NCBI GenBank assembly: GCA_014376805.1
Contig: JACMQU010000178.1
Location: 69,181-133,180, forward strand
Source: Bacteroidia bacterium
GTDB taxonomy: Bacteria; Bacteroidota; Bacteroidia; UKL13-3
Length of the DNA: 64,000 nucleotides
Direction of reading: 5' to 3'
Part shown: positions 1-10,946 of the stretch, one piece after another
How the letters are laid out: the number at the start of each line of letters is the position of its first letter
Position numbering within the stretch: the stretch's first letter is position 1
Translations under genes and position numbers: made by a program
Notes under the pieces: generated by a model
Databases searched by the model: none
The model's input: the letters and a program-made list of their open reading frames with translations, nothing else
What the model was told of the DNA's origin: nothing

Positions 1-1
1 A

Positions 2-727
2 CTACCACCTAAAATGGAACAGGTTGTTTATTGTGAGATGCCGGAAGAACAGAAAGAATCTTATGAAAAAGTTAAATCATATTACCGCAATGAAATTATA
101 AAAGCTATACGCGATTTAGGTGTAAATAAATCGCATTTTACCTTGTTACAAGGCTTAACTAAGCTAAGGCAGATTGCTAATCATCCATTACTCACCAATC
201 CGGATTATACAGGTGAAAGTGGCAAGTTTAATGAGGTTACCTATATGGCGCAAACAGCCCTGGCAGAAGGACATAAAGTTTTGATGTTCTCCCAATTTGT
301 TTCGCAACTGGAGATATATCGCAAATGGTTTGAATCTCAAAATATTAATTATTGTTACCTTGATGGTTCAATGACTAATGAAGCACGACAACAAATGGTT
401 AATAAATTTCAGGATGGCCAAGCACCCTTTTTTCTTATCTCTTTAAAGGCAGGTGGGTTCGGATTAAACCTCACAAAAGCTGATTATGTATTTATGATTG
501 ATCCCTGGTGGAATCCTGCTGTGGAAAGACAGGCAATTGACAGGGCACACCGGATAGGACAAACACAGAACGTTTTTATTTATAAGTTTATAACCAGAGA
601 TAGTGTGGAAGAAAAAATACTTGCTTTGCAGGAAAAGAAAAAATTGTTAGCGGATAATATTATTGAGACTGATGAATCGCTGATAAAACAAATTGATGTA
701 GAAGGTATAATGGATTTATTAAACTAA
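2..727 (+). CDS. SNF2/SWI2-family helicase, C-terminal part (gene starts before the window)
   Basis: The frame is open from base 2 (LPPKMEQ...). Helicase C-terminal motifs LISLKAGGFGLNL and DPWWNPAVERQAIDRAHRIGQ are present. Confidence 0.93.
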   Translation, partial: LPPKMEQVVYCEMPEEQKESYEKVKSYYRNEIIKAIRDLGVNKSHFTLLQGLTKLRQIANHPLLTNPDYTGESGKFNEVTYMAQTALAEGHKVLMFSQFVSQLEIYRKWFESQNINYCYLDGSMTNEARQQMVNKFQDGQAPFFLISLKAGGFGLNLTKADYVFMIDPWWNPAVERQAIDRAHRIGQTQNVFIYKFITRDSVEEKILALQEKKKLLADNIIETDESLIKQIDVEGIMDLLN

Positions 728-787
728 AGGTTCGCAAAAATTTATTAAAAAAACAACTATAAATAATATTTTCAAAGCATAGACAAG

Positions 788-2329
788 ATGATGAAAAAAC
801 GGGAAGAACTTTTAAAGTTAAGAGATGAGGCAAAGTTAGGTGGCGGAATCGAGCGAATTGCTTCACAACATAAAAAAGGCAAATTAACGGCTTGGGAGCG
901 CATTTATTTTTTAATGGATGAAGGAAGCTTTGAAGAGATAGGTGCATTTGTGCAGCACCGAAGCAATGATTTTGGAATGGAGAAACAAAAGGTTTTAGGT
1001 GATGGTGTTGTAACAGGTTATGGCACTATTAACGGACGATTAACCTATGTTTTTTCGCAGGATTTTACGGTATTCGGTGGCTCCTTATCTGAAACACATG
1101 CAGAGAAAATATGTAAGCTGATGGATCTGGCAGTGAAAACCGGTGCACCCATTATTGGTTTAAACGATAGTGGTGGTGCACGCATTCAGGAAGGCGTGGT
1201 ATCCTTAGGGGGGTATGCAGATATTTTTTATCGCAATACATTAGCTTCCGGTGTTATTCCCCAGTTATCTGTTATCATGGGGCCATGCGCTGGTGGTGCA
1301 GTTTATAGTCCGGCCATTACAGATTATATTCTTATGGTTGAACACAGCAGTTATATGTTTGTTACAGGACCCAATGTAGTAAAAACAGTAACACATGAAG
1401 AAGTTAGCAGCGAAGATCTGGGAGGCGCATCGGTACATTCGGCTAAAAGTGGTGTTGCACATTTTACTGCACCCAATGAAATAGAAAGTATACAGCAGCT
1501 AAAAAAACTGATGAGTTATGTACCGCAAAACTGTGAAGAAAAAGTGCCTGCCATAGCATACGAACAAGCTGAAGAATTGCGGATAAAACTTGCAGATATT
1601 ATTCCTGTAAATGCGAATCAACCGTATGATATTAGGGAGGTGATTACCGAGGTTGCTGATGAAGAAAGTTTTTTTGAAGTGCATAAAAACTTTGCAGAAA
1701 ACATTGTTGTAGGATTTGCACGACTTGCCGGTAAAAGTATTGGAATTGTTGCCAATCAACCTGCCTTCTTAGCAGGAGTGCTCGATATTCGTTCTTCTCA
1801 AAAAGCAGCAAGGTTTGTAAGATTTTGCGATTGCTTTAATATACCATTACTGGTATTTGAAGATGTACCTGGTTTTTTGCCTGGAACCGATCAGGAGTGG
1901 AATGCAATTATAACCAATGGGGCTAAATTATTATATGCATTTTGTGAAGCAACTGTTCCAAGAATAACTGTAATAACAAGGAAAGCTTATGGCGGGGCTT
2001 ATGATGTAATGAATAGTAAACATATAGGTGCCGATATGAACTTTGCCTGGCCTACTGCAGAAATTGCTGTAATGGGTGCAAAAGGTGCAGCTGAAATTAT
2101 TTTTAAGCGTGAAATTGATAAGGCTGATGATAGGACAGCAGCAGTTGCTGCCAAAGAAGCAGAATATGCAGGCATGTTTGCTAATCCTTACAGAGCTGCT
2201 GAAAGAGGTTTTATAGATGAAGTTATTTTGCCTGAAGAAACAAGAATTAAACTGATAAAAGCGTTTAAGATGCTTGAAAATAAAGTAGCAAATTTGCCCC
2301 GCAAAAAACACGGAAATATTCCTTTGTAA
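788..2329 (+). CDS. pccB: Acyl-CoA (propionyl/methylmalonyl-CoA) carboxylase, carboxyltransferase beta subunit
   Basis: 513 aa with [38 protein letters not shown] and C-terminal KKHGNIPL. Confidence 0.92.
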   Translation: MMKKREELLKLRDEAKLGGGIERIASQHKKGKLTAWERIYFLMDEGSFEEIGAFVQHRSNDFGMEKQKVLGDGVVTGYGTINGRLTYVFSQDFTVFGGSLSETHAEKICKLMDLAVKTGAPIIGLNDSGGARIQEGVVSLGGYADIFYRNTLASGVIPQLSVIMGPCAGGAVYSPAITDYILMVEHSSYMFVTGPNVVKTVTHEEVSSEDLGGASVHSAKSGVAHFTAPNEIESIQQLKKLMSYVPQNCEEKVPAIAYEQAEELRIKLADIIPVNANQPYDIREVITEVADEESFFEVHKNFAENIVVGFARLAGKSIGIVANQPAFLAGVLDIRSSQKAARFVRFCDCFNIPLLVFEDVPGFLPGTDQEWNAIITNGAKLLYAFCEATVPRITVITRKAYGGAYDVMNSKHIGADMNFAWPTAEIAVMGAKGAAEIIFKREIDKADDRTAAVAAKEAEYAGMFANPYRAAERGFIDEVILPEETRIKLIKAFKMLENKVANLPRKKHGNIPL

Positions 2330-2348
2330 AAATTATAAGTTAAATGTT

Positions 2349-3950
2349 ATGAATAATAAACAGGTATCTCAATTTGCAATAATTTTACTTTTATTCTTGG
2401 GTTTTTTCTCCCAGAAGTTGTTGGCTCAAACCGAAAAAAAATTAGCATCGACAATTACGCATGTCACTGTTTTTAGAAGTCAGGCGCAGGTTGAACGCAA
2501 TGCTAAAGTAAGCCTGGATGAAGGTTATTATACCCTTGTATTTGAAGGTATTTCTCCAAACCTTATTGCCAATAGCATAGAGGCAGAAGCGTTGAGTGGA
2601 ATTACCATTTTATCTATATCAACTCAGAATGATTATTTAAAAGTTGATCAAAAGCCAAAATTAATAATGGAGATGGAAGATTCTATTGAGCGGTTGAATG
2701 AACACCTGTCTGCCATAAAAGCTGATAAAGAATCTATCGCTTTGCAAAAAGATGTATTGATAGCAAACAAATATGTTGGCGGTACGGCTCAGGGAGTTAA
2801 AGCGGATGAGCTGGAAGATGTTTTGGCTATTTATCAAAAAAAGCTGATCGAATTTAAACATGAAATGATAACACTTCATAAACTGGAAAAAGAGTACACC
2901 GGCATCCTTCAAAAATTGCAACTTCAACTGGAGGAATATAATCAAGGAACCTTAAATTTAAATAACCAGATTCTGGTAAATGTAAAAGTGGAAAGAGCTG
3001 TTAGCAATGTGGAAGTTAAAATAAATTACCTTGCTAACGGGGTTAGCTGGCAGCCTTTTTATGACATAAGAGTTAAAGATACGAAGTCGCCGGTACAGTT
3101 TTTATTGAAAGCCAATATCCAGCAAAATACCGGCGAAAGCTGGAAAAATGTTACGCTGAAACTTACTACTGCTAATCCTTTAGAAGGCGGCTCTAAACCT
3201 CAGCTTACCACAAATTTTATAAATTTTGTTGAGCCTGAAATAAAAAAACAGGAAGCACAAAGAAGGAATAAAAGTATGCAGCCTGCAACTATGAACTTTG
3301 ATGCAGCAAGTAGTATGGCCGAATTTGTAAGCGTTTCGCAGAATATGATTAACACAGTATTTGAAATTAATACACCTTATACTATTCCGTCAGATAACAA
3401 GTTTCACCAGGTAGATCTTACTACATTTTCCCAGGCAGCCATTTATGCACATGCGGCTGTACCTAAAATTGTACCCGGAGTATTTGTAACCGCTCAGGTT
3501 CTGGCCAATGATTTAATAAATCAGATTGAAGCAGAAGCAAATGTTTATTTTGAAGGGACCTATACTGGTAAAACAATGATATCTGCTTCGGGAACTGATA
3601 CCTTACTGTTAACCTTAGGGGTAGATAAAAGAATAACAACTGAACGTATTAAGGTTAAAGAAATGAGTGCAAAATCTTTTTTCGGTACAACAAAAAAAGA
3701 AAGTAGTGCCTATGAAATCAGCGTTAAAAACAGTACTAATGAGGCAATAGATTTAATCATTGAAGACCAGGTTCCGATGTCTGCCAATAAAGAAATAGAA
3801 ATAAAAACCAATGTAAGTGATGGCGGCTCGGTTAACAAAGAAACAGGTTTAATAAAATGGAATTTAAAATTGCAGCCACAACAAAGTATAAAACTAAGAT
3901 TTTCTTTTGAAGTTATTTCTCCCTCAGATAAAAAAATATCAGCCTATTAA
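2349..3950 (+). CDS. DUF4139/DUF4140 (MuiA-like) secreted protein
   Basis: Signal peptide LLA-Q, N-terminal ITHVTVFRSQAQVER, coiled-coil middle, SWQPFYDIR, QNTGESW and DQVPMS. Confidence 0.8.
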   Translation: MNNKQVSQFAIILLLFLGFFSQKLLAQTEKKLASTITHVTVFRSQAQVERNAKVSLDEGYYTLVFEGISPNLIANSIEAEALSGITILSISTQNDYLKVDQKPKLIMEMEDSIERLNEHLSAIKADKESIALQKDVLIANKYVGGTAQGVKADELEDVLAIYQKKLIEFKHEMITLHKLEKEYTGILQKLQLQLEEYNQGTLNLNNQILVNVKVERAVSNVEVKINYLANGVSWQPFYDIRVKDTKSPVQFLLKANIQQNTGESWKNVTLKLTTANPLEGGSKPQLTTNFINFVEPEIKKQEAQRRNKSMQPATMNFDAASSMAEFVSVSQNMINTVFEINTPYTIPSDNKFHQVDLTTFSQAAIYAHAAVPKIVPGVFVTAQVLANDLINQIEAEANVYFEGTYTGKTMISASGTDTLLLTLGVDKRITTERIKVKEMSAKSFFGTTKKESSAYEISVKNSTNEAIDLIIEDQVPMSANKEIEIKTNVSDGGSVNKETGLIKWNLKLQPQQSIKLRFSFEVISPSDKKISAY

Positions 3951-4010
3951 AATTTAATTTTAAACCTGAAATAGGTGACAATTTATTTAATTTGAATAAG
4001 CAATTAATGT

Positions 4011-4442
4011 ATGAAAAAGCAATTATCCGTATTACTCATCCTAAGTGTATTTTGCACACTTTGTTCATTCGCACAATTAAGTGGCACTTTAGATAAAATG
4101 GCAAAACAAGGCTCTGCAAATTTGAGTAATGCCACTAATGAAGCTACTCAATCTGCCTTAAATAAACTAGAGATTCAGTTAAAAAATCAATTTCATCTTG
4201 AGGCAGTTAAAGCTGAAATAACCGGAGAGTCTTTAAAATTGAAAGTAGCTGAATCAGACCTTTCAAAATCATCTGCCGTAACCCGCACCAAGCAAGGAAC
4301 TGCCATTGCACTGGCTGCTAAAAACATTTTATTAAACGGTGATATAGATCTTAAAAAAATGAATGTAAACACGGTACTCGTAGAAATATTTAAGAATATT
4401 AATTTAAAAGAAATCATTGATACGATTCGGGTAAAATTATAA
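4011..4442 (+). CDS. Hypothetical secreted protein
   Basis: 143-aa ORF with signal peptide (SFA-Q), co-oriented with its neighbours. No family recognised. Confidence 0.65.
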   Translation: MKKQLSVLLILSVFCTLCSFAQLSGTLDKMAKQGSANLSNATNEATQSALNKLEIQLKNQFHLEAVKAEITGESLKLKVAESDLSKSSAVTRTKQGTAIALAAKNILLNGDIDLKKMNVNTVLVEIFKNINLKEIIDTIRVKL

Positions 4443-4483
4443 AAGGCAAATTCGATATTGTTACGTTTTTGTTATTAAATTAT

Positions 4484-5983
4484 ATGGGTATAAAATCTTT
4501 TTTAGTTAAACCTTTTGCCTGGTATATCCGCAATAAGATTATAAAAGAAAGCAGACTCGCAATTAAACACCAGCAAAAATGGTTAAAAAAAATAATTGAT
4601 AAAAGTTCTTCTACACGCTTTGGCCTCGAACATTATTTTAATAAAATAAAAAGTTATGATGATTATAAAAAGGCGGTACCTGTTAGTGATTACGAAGGAT
4701 TAAGGGAGTATATAGAAGCTGCCTTAAACGGTGAAGAAAATGTATTATGGCCAGGCAAACCATTATATTGGGCAAAAACATCTGGTACTACATCTGGGGT
4801 TAAATATATTCCGATAACAAAAGATTCTATATCTTATCATATCAATTCGGCTCGTAACGCGCTGTTATGTTATATTAATGAAACAGGGAATGCAGATTTT
4901 TTAAATGGAAAACTTATTTTTCTTTCCGGTAGTCCGGTAATGGATAAAAAGAATGGTGTTTTTACCGGCAGGTTAAGTGGCATTGTTAACCACCATATTC
5001 CTTCCTATTTAAGGAGCAATCAAATGCCTACATACACAACTAATTGTATGGAAGACTGGGAACTGAAAGTAGAAAAAATTACAGATGAAACTATCAGGGA
5101 GAATATGACCCTGATTAGCGGCATCCCGCCTTGGGTTCAAATGTACTTTGATAAAATAACATCGCTTACCGGAAAGCAAATAAAAGACGTTTTTCCTAAC
5201 TTTAATCTCTTTGTTTATGGTGGGGTAAACTTTGAGCCTTATAGAGCAAAACTGGAACAAAGCATTGGTAAAAAAATTGATACTATTGAAACTTACCCGG
5301 CATCTGAAGGATTTATTGCCATGCAGGATTCACAAAGTGAAAAAGGCTTGTTGTTATTAACCAATAATGGCATTTTTTATGAGTTCATTCCTGTAGATGA
5401 ATTTTATAAAAATCAGCCCTTGCGGATTTCATTAAAGGATATAAAGTTAAATGTAAATTATGTATTAATTTTAAATACCAATGCAGGTTTATACGGGTAT
5501 AACATCGGAGATACGGTGAGGTTTATTTCTATAAATCCTTATCGCATTTTAGTTACCGGTAGGATCAAACATTTTATTTCTGCTTTTGGTGAACATGTAA
5601 TTAGTGAAGAGGTAGAAGAAGCCATTGCAGGAGTGGCATTAACATATGGTGTTCAGATTATAGAATTTACGGTTGCGCCTATGGTTAGCCCGCCCGAAGG
5701 TGGATTGCCTTATCATGAATGGTTTGTTTCTTTTGCTTTCCCTCCGGAAAATTTAAGTCGGTTTTCTGCTGATGTTGATAGGGCTTTACAACAAAAAAAC
5801 ATTTATTATAAAGATTTAATTAATGGGGCTATTTTAAAGCCACTTATTATACGCGTGCTGAACCCAACTGCTTTTATTGATTATATGAAAAACGAAGGAA
5901 AATTGGGCGGTCAAAATAAAGTTCCGCGGTTAAGTAATGATAGAAAAATTGCAGAAAAACTTGTAAAATTTATTAAAGATTAA
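4484..5983 (+). CDS. GH3 auxin-responsive-promoter family protein (acyl-adenylate-forming amido synthetase homologue)
   Basis: KTSGTTSGVKYIP P-loop, ETYPASEG, YNIGD and GGQNKVPRL. ATG at 4484 preferred over TTG at 4469. Confidence 0.88.
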   Translation: MGIKSFLVKPFAWYIRNKIIKESRLAIKHQQKWLKKIIDKSSSTRFGLEHYFNKIKSYDDYKKAVPVSDYEGLREYIEAALNGEENVLWPGKPLYWAKTSGTTSGVKYIPITKDSISYHINSARNALLCYINETGNADFLNGKLIFLSGSPVMDKKNGVFTGRLSGIVNHHIPSYLRSNQMPTYTTNCMEDWELKVEKITDETIRENMTLISGIPPWVQMYFDKITSLTGKQIKDVFPNFNLFVYGGVNFEPYRAKLEQSIGKKIDTIETYPASEGFIAMQDSQSEKGLLLLTNNGIFYEFIPVDEFYKNQPLRISLKDIKLNVNYVLILNTNAGLYGYNIGDTVRFISINPYRILVTGRIKHFISAFGEHVISEEVEEAIAGVALTYGVQIIEFTVAPMVSPPEGGLPYHEWFVSFAFPPENLSRFSADVDRALQQKNIYYKDLINGAILKPLIIRVLNPTAFIDYMKNEGKLGGQNKVPRLSNDRKIAEKLVKFIKD

Positions 5984-6393
5984 AATTAAATACAGTTAAC
6001 AGGATTTTTTTTTACATGGATATTTTGCTGTTTTCTGAGAGATTTTAAAGGGCTCTTAACAGAATAAATTTAAGTGAGTTTAAGATGCTTCTGAAAATTA
6101 TTTTTCGTGTAATATTACCCGTTCTTTAATAAGTATGGAACGAGCTTTTGAAGTTAAAATTGCAATTATGTGAACTATCTTACAACTAATAAAATTAATG
6201 AACAATAATTTAGTGCTATCCTTAAATACAGAATCGGCGGAAGATAAATAGGATGAACAATTTAAAATTGATTTGATGCCATTAAAATGCTGATCCAACA
6301 AGAAATGAAGCGAAGGAAATTGATTGAGTTCATCAAAGAAAAGGTATAACTTGTGCCCGGATTAAATTGTATAAATATTGTTATCAGACAATA

Positions 6394-7542
6394 ATGAAAA
6401 AAAAAATAGCCATATTAGGAAGTACAGGCAGCATAGGAACTCAAGCACTGCAAATAGTGAAGGAACAATCTGATAAACTTGAAATAGAGTTGCTCACGGC
6501 TAACTGCAATGCCGAACTTTTAATTACCCAGGCTATAGCTTTTAAACCAAACCATGTAGTAATTGTTGATGAGGCGCAGTACACTAAAGTAAAAGAGGCA
6601 CTTGATCCCCATGATATAAAAGTATTTACGGGAAGTAAAGCTATTGAAGAATTGATGGAGATAACTTCTGCCGATACAGTACTTACGGCTATGGTAGGTT
6701 ATAGTGGGTTAAAGCCAACCATTAAAGCTATAGAAAATAAAAAGAAAATAGCACTTGCCAATAAGGAGACACTGGTTGTTGCCGGAGAACTTATTTCTGC
6801 TTTATGTATAGCAAATAAAGTAGATATTATCCCGGTAGATTCAGAACATTCTGCTATCTTTCAATGTCTTATAGGAGAAGATCAGAACGCAATTGATAAA
6901 GTTATTCTTACGGCATCGGGTGGTCCGTTCAGGGGTAGAAAAAGAGACGAACTTGCCCATGTTACAAAAGCCGATGCACTTAAGCATCCCAACTGGAATA
7001 TGGGTGCCAAAATTACTATCGATTCTGCAAGTATGATAAATAAGGGTTTTGAGGTTATTGAAGCCAAATGGTTATTCGGTTTGACCCAAAAGCAAATTGA
7101 AGTGGTGGTACATCCGCAATCTATTATACACAGCATGGTTGAATTTACAGATGGGAGTATAAAAGCCCAAATGGGTTTACCTGATATGAAACTACCTATT
7201 CATTACGCATTCTTTTTCCCTGAAAGAACAAATTCATCTTTTAAAAGAATGTCGTTTAAAGAAATTAAAACCCTCACTTTTGAAGAGCCTGATCTGGAAA
7301 CCTTTAGAAATTTGGCACTTGCTTATCATGCAATGGATAAAGGAGGAAATCTTGCCTGTATTTTAAATGCTGCTAATGAAATAGCGGTACAAGCTTTTTT
7401 AAAGGATAAGATAAGTTTCCTGAAAATAGCTGAACTTAATGAAAACTGCATGGCAAAAGTTAAATTCATTGCCAGCCCTACTTTATTTGATTATGTGGAA
7501 ACTGATTTGGAAACCAGAAGAATTGCACAGGGTTTATTGTAA
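6394..7542 (+). CDS. dxr: 1-deoxy-D-xylulose-5-phosphate reductoisomerase
   Basis: ILGSTGSIGTQ, LANKETLV, PVDSEHSA, LTASGGPF, HPNWNMGAKITIDSA. ATG at 6394. Confidence 0.97.
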   Translation: MKKKIAILGSTGSIGTQALQIVKEQSDKLEIELLTANCNAELLITQAIAFKPNHVVIVDEAQYTKVKEALDPHDIKVFTGSKAIEELMEITSADTVLTAMVGYSGLKPTIKAIENKKKIALANKETLVVAGELISALCIANKVDIIPVDSEHSAIFQCLIGEDQNAIDKVILTASGGPFRGRKRDELAHVTKADALKHPNWNMGAKITIDSASMINKGFEVIEAKWLFGLTQKQIEVVVHPQSIIHSMVEFTDGSIKAQMGLPDMKLPIHYAFFFPERTNSSFKRMSFKEIKTLTFEEPDLETFRNLALAYHAMDKGGNLACILNAANEIAVQAFLKDKISFLKIAELNENCMAKVKFIASPTLFDYVETDLETRRIAQGLL

Positions 7543-7550
7543 TATTTGAT

Positions 7551-7558
7551 TATTTTTG
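7551..7558 (+). promoter_or_regulatory. Bacteroidetes primary-sigma -7 box (TATTTTTG) upstream of rseP
   Basis: Exact TAnnTTTG match about 50 nt before the ATG. Confidence 0.45.
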
Positions 7559-7607
7559 CGGCACTATTTTAAAATTATCAAAACAACTTAAAACATTAGA
7601 AGTATAA

Positions 7608-8930
7608 ATGCAGGCACTTATTATGGCAGCCCAGTTAATTTTGGGCATCTCTATTTTAGTTATATTACATGAATTTGGTCATTACCTCGCAGCAAGAGCC
7701 TTTGGGATTAAAGTTGAAAAATTTTACCTTTTTTTTGATGCCTGGGGCGTAAAATTGTTTTCTTTTAAACGCGGTGATACAGAATGGGGGATAGGCTGGC
7801 TGCCTTTAGGCGGTTATGTGAAGATAGCCGGTATGATTGATGAAAGCATGGACAAAGAAGCCATGAAACTGCCCCCTCAATCATGGGAATTCAGAAGTAA
7901 ACCAGCGTGGCAGCGGTTAATTGTAATGATTGCCGGTGTGGTGGTGAATATTATTGCAGGTGTTATAATTTTTGCCATGATGAGTTACACGTATGGAGAA
8001 AAATATACGTTAAATAGTTCAGTTACCAATGGCATTGTTCCTTCAGAAATGGCTAAAGAAATTGGATTTGAGCTAGGCGATAAACTAATTAGTGTTAATG
8101 GCAAACAAATAACCCGCTTTGAAGATGCTTTAAAAATTGAGCATGTATTGGGTGAGGATGTTAGTTATCTGGTGGAACGCAATAGTAAAAAAGTTGAGGT
8201 AAAATTACCAAATGATTTTATAAAGAAGTTTAGTAATGCCAAAGCAGATTTTTTTCTTCCACGCATGCACTTTTATATTCATGAACTTGTTCCGGGTAAT
8301 AATGCAGAAAGAGCCGGTTTAAAAGTAAATGATGTAATAACAAAAGTAGATACCCAAAGCTTTATGTATTTTGATCAGTTTCAGCAATTACTGAAAGATC
8401 ATGCAGGTAAAGAAACAGACTTTACGGTGTTAAGAGATAACAACCTTGTGGTATTAAATGTGAAAGTGGATGAGACTGGCAGAGTAGGATTTAAGCCGGA
8501 TACCAAAGACTTTCAATATGAAATTGTACATTATAGTTTTTTAAGTTCTTTTCCGGCTGGTTGGAATAAAGCTGTTGAAACAATAGACGCCCAGATTAAA
8601 GGTTGGGCCAAAATTTTTAAAGGCGATATTGCAGTTAACAAAGCTGTTCAGGGCCCCATTGGAATTGCTAAATTTTATGGTGGAGAATGGATCTGGAGCA
8701 GGTTCTGGTTGTTTACGGCACTTATTTCTTTAGGACTTGCATTTATGAATATCCTTCCAATTCCTGCGCTCGATGGTGGACATGTTTTATTCCTGCTTTT
8801 CGAAATGGTATTGGGGCGACCGCTTAGTGAGAAATTTTTGGAGCGCGCGCAATATGCCGGAATGATGTTATTGCTAACTATGATGGTATTGATTTTTGGT
8901 AATGATATCTGGGGCCTTTTTGTTAAATAG
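7608..8930 (+). CDS. rseP: RIP metalloprotease RseP (M50 family, PDZ domains)
   Basis: HEFGH zinc motif, PLGGYVKI and NILPIPALDGGH. Follows dxr. Confidence 0.95.
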   Translation: MQALIMAAQLILGISILVILHEFGHYLAARAFGIKVEKFYLFFDAWGVKLFSFKRGDTEWGIGWLPLGGYVKIAGMIDESMDKEAMKLPPQSWEFRSKPAWQRLIVMIAGVVVNIIAGVIIFAMMSYTYGEKYTLNSSVTNGIVPSEMAKEIGFELGDKLISVNGKQITRFEDALKIEHVLGEDVSYLVERNSKKVEVKLPNDFIKKFSNAKADFFLPRMHFYIHELVPGNNAERAGLKVNDVITKVDTQSFMYFDQFQQLLKDHAGKETDFTVLRDNNLVVLNVKVDETGRVGFKPDTKDFQYEIVHYSFLSSFPAGWNKAVETIDAQIKGWAKIFKGDIAVNKAVQGPIGIAKFYGGEWIWSRFWLFTALISLGLAFMNILPIPALDGGHVLFLLFEMVLGRPLSEKFLERAQYAGMMLLLTMMVLIFGNDIWGLFVK

Positions 8931-8932
8931 AT

Positions 8933-9496
8933 TTATTGTTTTTGAACCTTTTTATGTATTTCGCAGGTTAACAAGTGATCGTTTACCATACCTGAAGCCT
9001 GCATAAAAGCGTAGCAAATGGTGGATCCTACAAATGTAAATCCCCTTTTCTTCATGTCTTTACTCATGGCATCACTTTCACTGGATGTTGCTGGTACTTC
9101 CGTTGCATTATTCCATTTATTAAGGATGGGCTTTCCTCCCACAAATTGCCAGATGTATTTTTCAAAACTGCCAAATTCTTTTTGAACCAGTAAAAAAGCT
9201 CTGGCATTTTTAACTGTGCCGTATATTTTAAGTCTATTTCTGATAATACCAGCATCTAGCATAAGTCCATCCAGTTTTTTTTCGCTAAATTTTGAAATCT
9301 TAACTGGATCAAACCCTGCAAAAGTTTTGCGGAAATTTTCACGCTTGTACAAAATTGTTTTCCAGCTTAATCCTGCCTGGAATGTATCCAATATCAGAAA
9401 TTCAAAAAGTTTTAAATCTTCATACAATGGGGTGCCCCATTCTAGGTCATGATAAATAATCATTAGCGGGTCATTTTGGGTCCAGTTGCAGCGCAT
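8933..9496 (-). CDS. tag: DNA-3-methyladenine glycosylase I
   Basis: RCNW, YHDLEWG, FQAGLSW, IIRNRLKI, FVGSTICYAFMQASGMVNDH. Confidence 0.95.
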   Translation of the reverse strand: MRCNWTQNDPLMIIYHDLEWGTPLYEDLKLFEFLILDTFQAGLSWKTILYKRENFRKTFAGFDPVKISKFSEKKLDGLMLDAGIIRNRLKIYGTVKNARAFLLVQKEFGSFEKYIWQFVGGKPILNKWNNATEVPATSSESDAMSKDMKKRGFTFVGSTICYAFMQASGMVNDHLLTCEIHKKVQKQ

Positions 9497-9578
9497 ATAA
9501 TGTAATTTTAAGTAATTAATAAAATTCTATGCAGATATACAAGTGGAGAACTAATTTTTATTTAAAGCAATAGGCGTT

Positions 9579-9586
9579 TACTTTTG
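9579..9586 (+). promoter_or_regulatory. -7 box (TACTTTTG) upstream of purB
   Basis: TAnnTTTG match ending 17 nt before the ATG. Confidence 0.5.
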
Positions 9587-9602
9587 TCTCAAATTTCCAT
9601 TT

Positions 9603-10946
9603 ATGCAACCCGAAACCCTCACCGCTATTAGTCCTGTAGATGGCAGATACCGAAAACAAACAGAACCACTGGCAAATTATTTTAGTGAATTTGCTTTGAT
9701 AAAATACAGGGTATGGGTTGAAATTGAATATTTTATTGCACTTACTCAAATTCCTTTACCGCAATTAAAAGACAAAGTAAATGCTGAACAAATCAGGCAA
9801 CTTCGGGAAATCTATCTTAACTTTTCTTTGGATCAGGCCACTTCTATTAAGCATATTGAAAAAACTACCAACCATGATGTTAAAGCGGTTGAGTATTTTT
9901 TAAAAGATGAGTTCATTAGGTTAAAATTAAGCGAAGCAGCAGAGTTTGTTCATTTTGGTTTAACATCTCAGGATATAAATAATACTGCTATACCGATGAG
10001 TTTGAAACATGCGGTTGAAAATGTGGTGTTACCATTATTGCAGCAATTAATTGATATACTTACACGTCAGTCTAATGATTGGGAAAGTATTTCGATGTTG
10101 GCCAGAACGCATGGTCAACCGGCTTCACCAACAAGATTGGGAAAGGAGTGGCAGGTTTTTGTTTCCAGAATTCTGGTACAGCTAAAACAAGTAAAGCAAC
10201 TTACTTATCCGGCTAAATTTGGCGGGGCTACGGGTAATTTTAATGCACATCATGTGGCCTATCCGCAAATTGACTGGCTTTATTTTGGGAATAATTTTTG
10301 TTCGTCGCTGGGGCTTGATCGCTCTTATCCAACAACACAAATTGAACATTATGATAACCTCGCTGCACTTTTTGATGCTTTTAAGCGAATCAATACTATC
10401 CTTATCGATTTGAGCCGAGATGTTTGGCAATATGTGGCTATGGATTATTTTAAGCAAACATTAAAAGAAGGAGAAGTAGGTTCAAGCGCGATGCCTCACA
10501 AGGTTAATCCTATAGATTTCGAAAATGCAGAGGGTAATCTGGGAATTGCTAATGCATTTTTTGAACACTTATCAGCAAAACTGCCGATTTCCCGGTTACA
10601 GCGTGATTTAACAGATAGCACCGTGTTAAGAAATATTGGAGTTCCTTTTGCACATCAGCTCATCGCTTTTAATTCTATCATTAAAGGGTTAAATAAATTA
10701 TTGTTGAACCCTTCAAAATTAGAATCAGATCTGGAAGCAAACTGGGCAGTTGTGGCAGAAGCAATTCAAACAGTTTTGAGAAGAGAAGGATTTGAAAAAC
10801 CTTATGAGGCACTGAAATCGTTAACAAGAACAAATGAACAAATTACCCGGGATGTTATTCATAAATTTATAGCTAACTTGCCGGTTGATGAAAAAGTTAA
10901 AGGCGAACTATATAAAATATCACCCCATAATTATACCGGAATCTGA
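9603..10946 (+). CDS. purB: Adenylosuccinate lyase
   Basis: AISPVDGRY, TNHDVKAVEY, RTHGQPA and GSSAMPHKVNPIDFEN. Confidence 0.97.
   Translation: MQPETLTAISPVDGRYRKQTEPLANYFSEFALIKYRVWVEIEYFIALTQIPLPQLKDKVNAEQIRQLREIYLNFSLDQATSIKHIEKTTNHDVKAVEYFLKDEFIRLKLSEAAEFVHFGLTSQDINNTAIPMSLKHAVENVVLPLLQQLIDILTRQSNDWESISMLARTHGQPASPTRLGKEWQVFVSRILVQLKQVKQLTYPAKFGGATGNFNAHHVAYPQIDWLYFGNNFCSSLGLDRSYPTTQIEHYDNLAALFDAFKRINTILIDLSRDVWQYVAMDYFKQTLKEGEVGSSAMPHKVNPIDFENAEGNLGIANAFFEHLSAKLPISRLQRDLTDSTVLRNIGVPFAHQLIAFNSIIKGLNKLLLNPSKLESDLEANWAVVAEAIQTVLRREGFEKPYEALKSLTRTNEQITRDVIHKFIANLPVDEKVKGELYKISPHNYTGI

Noticed and set aside
2..727. SNF2 helicase as part of an anti-phage system
   Set aside because: It is followed directly by housekeeping pccB with no methylase or nuclease partner in view. 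The upstream context is outside the window.
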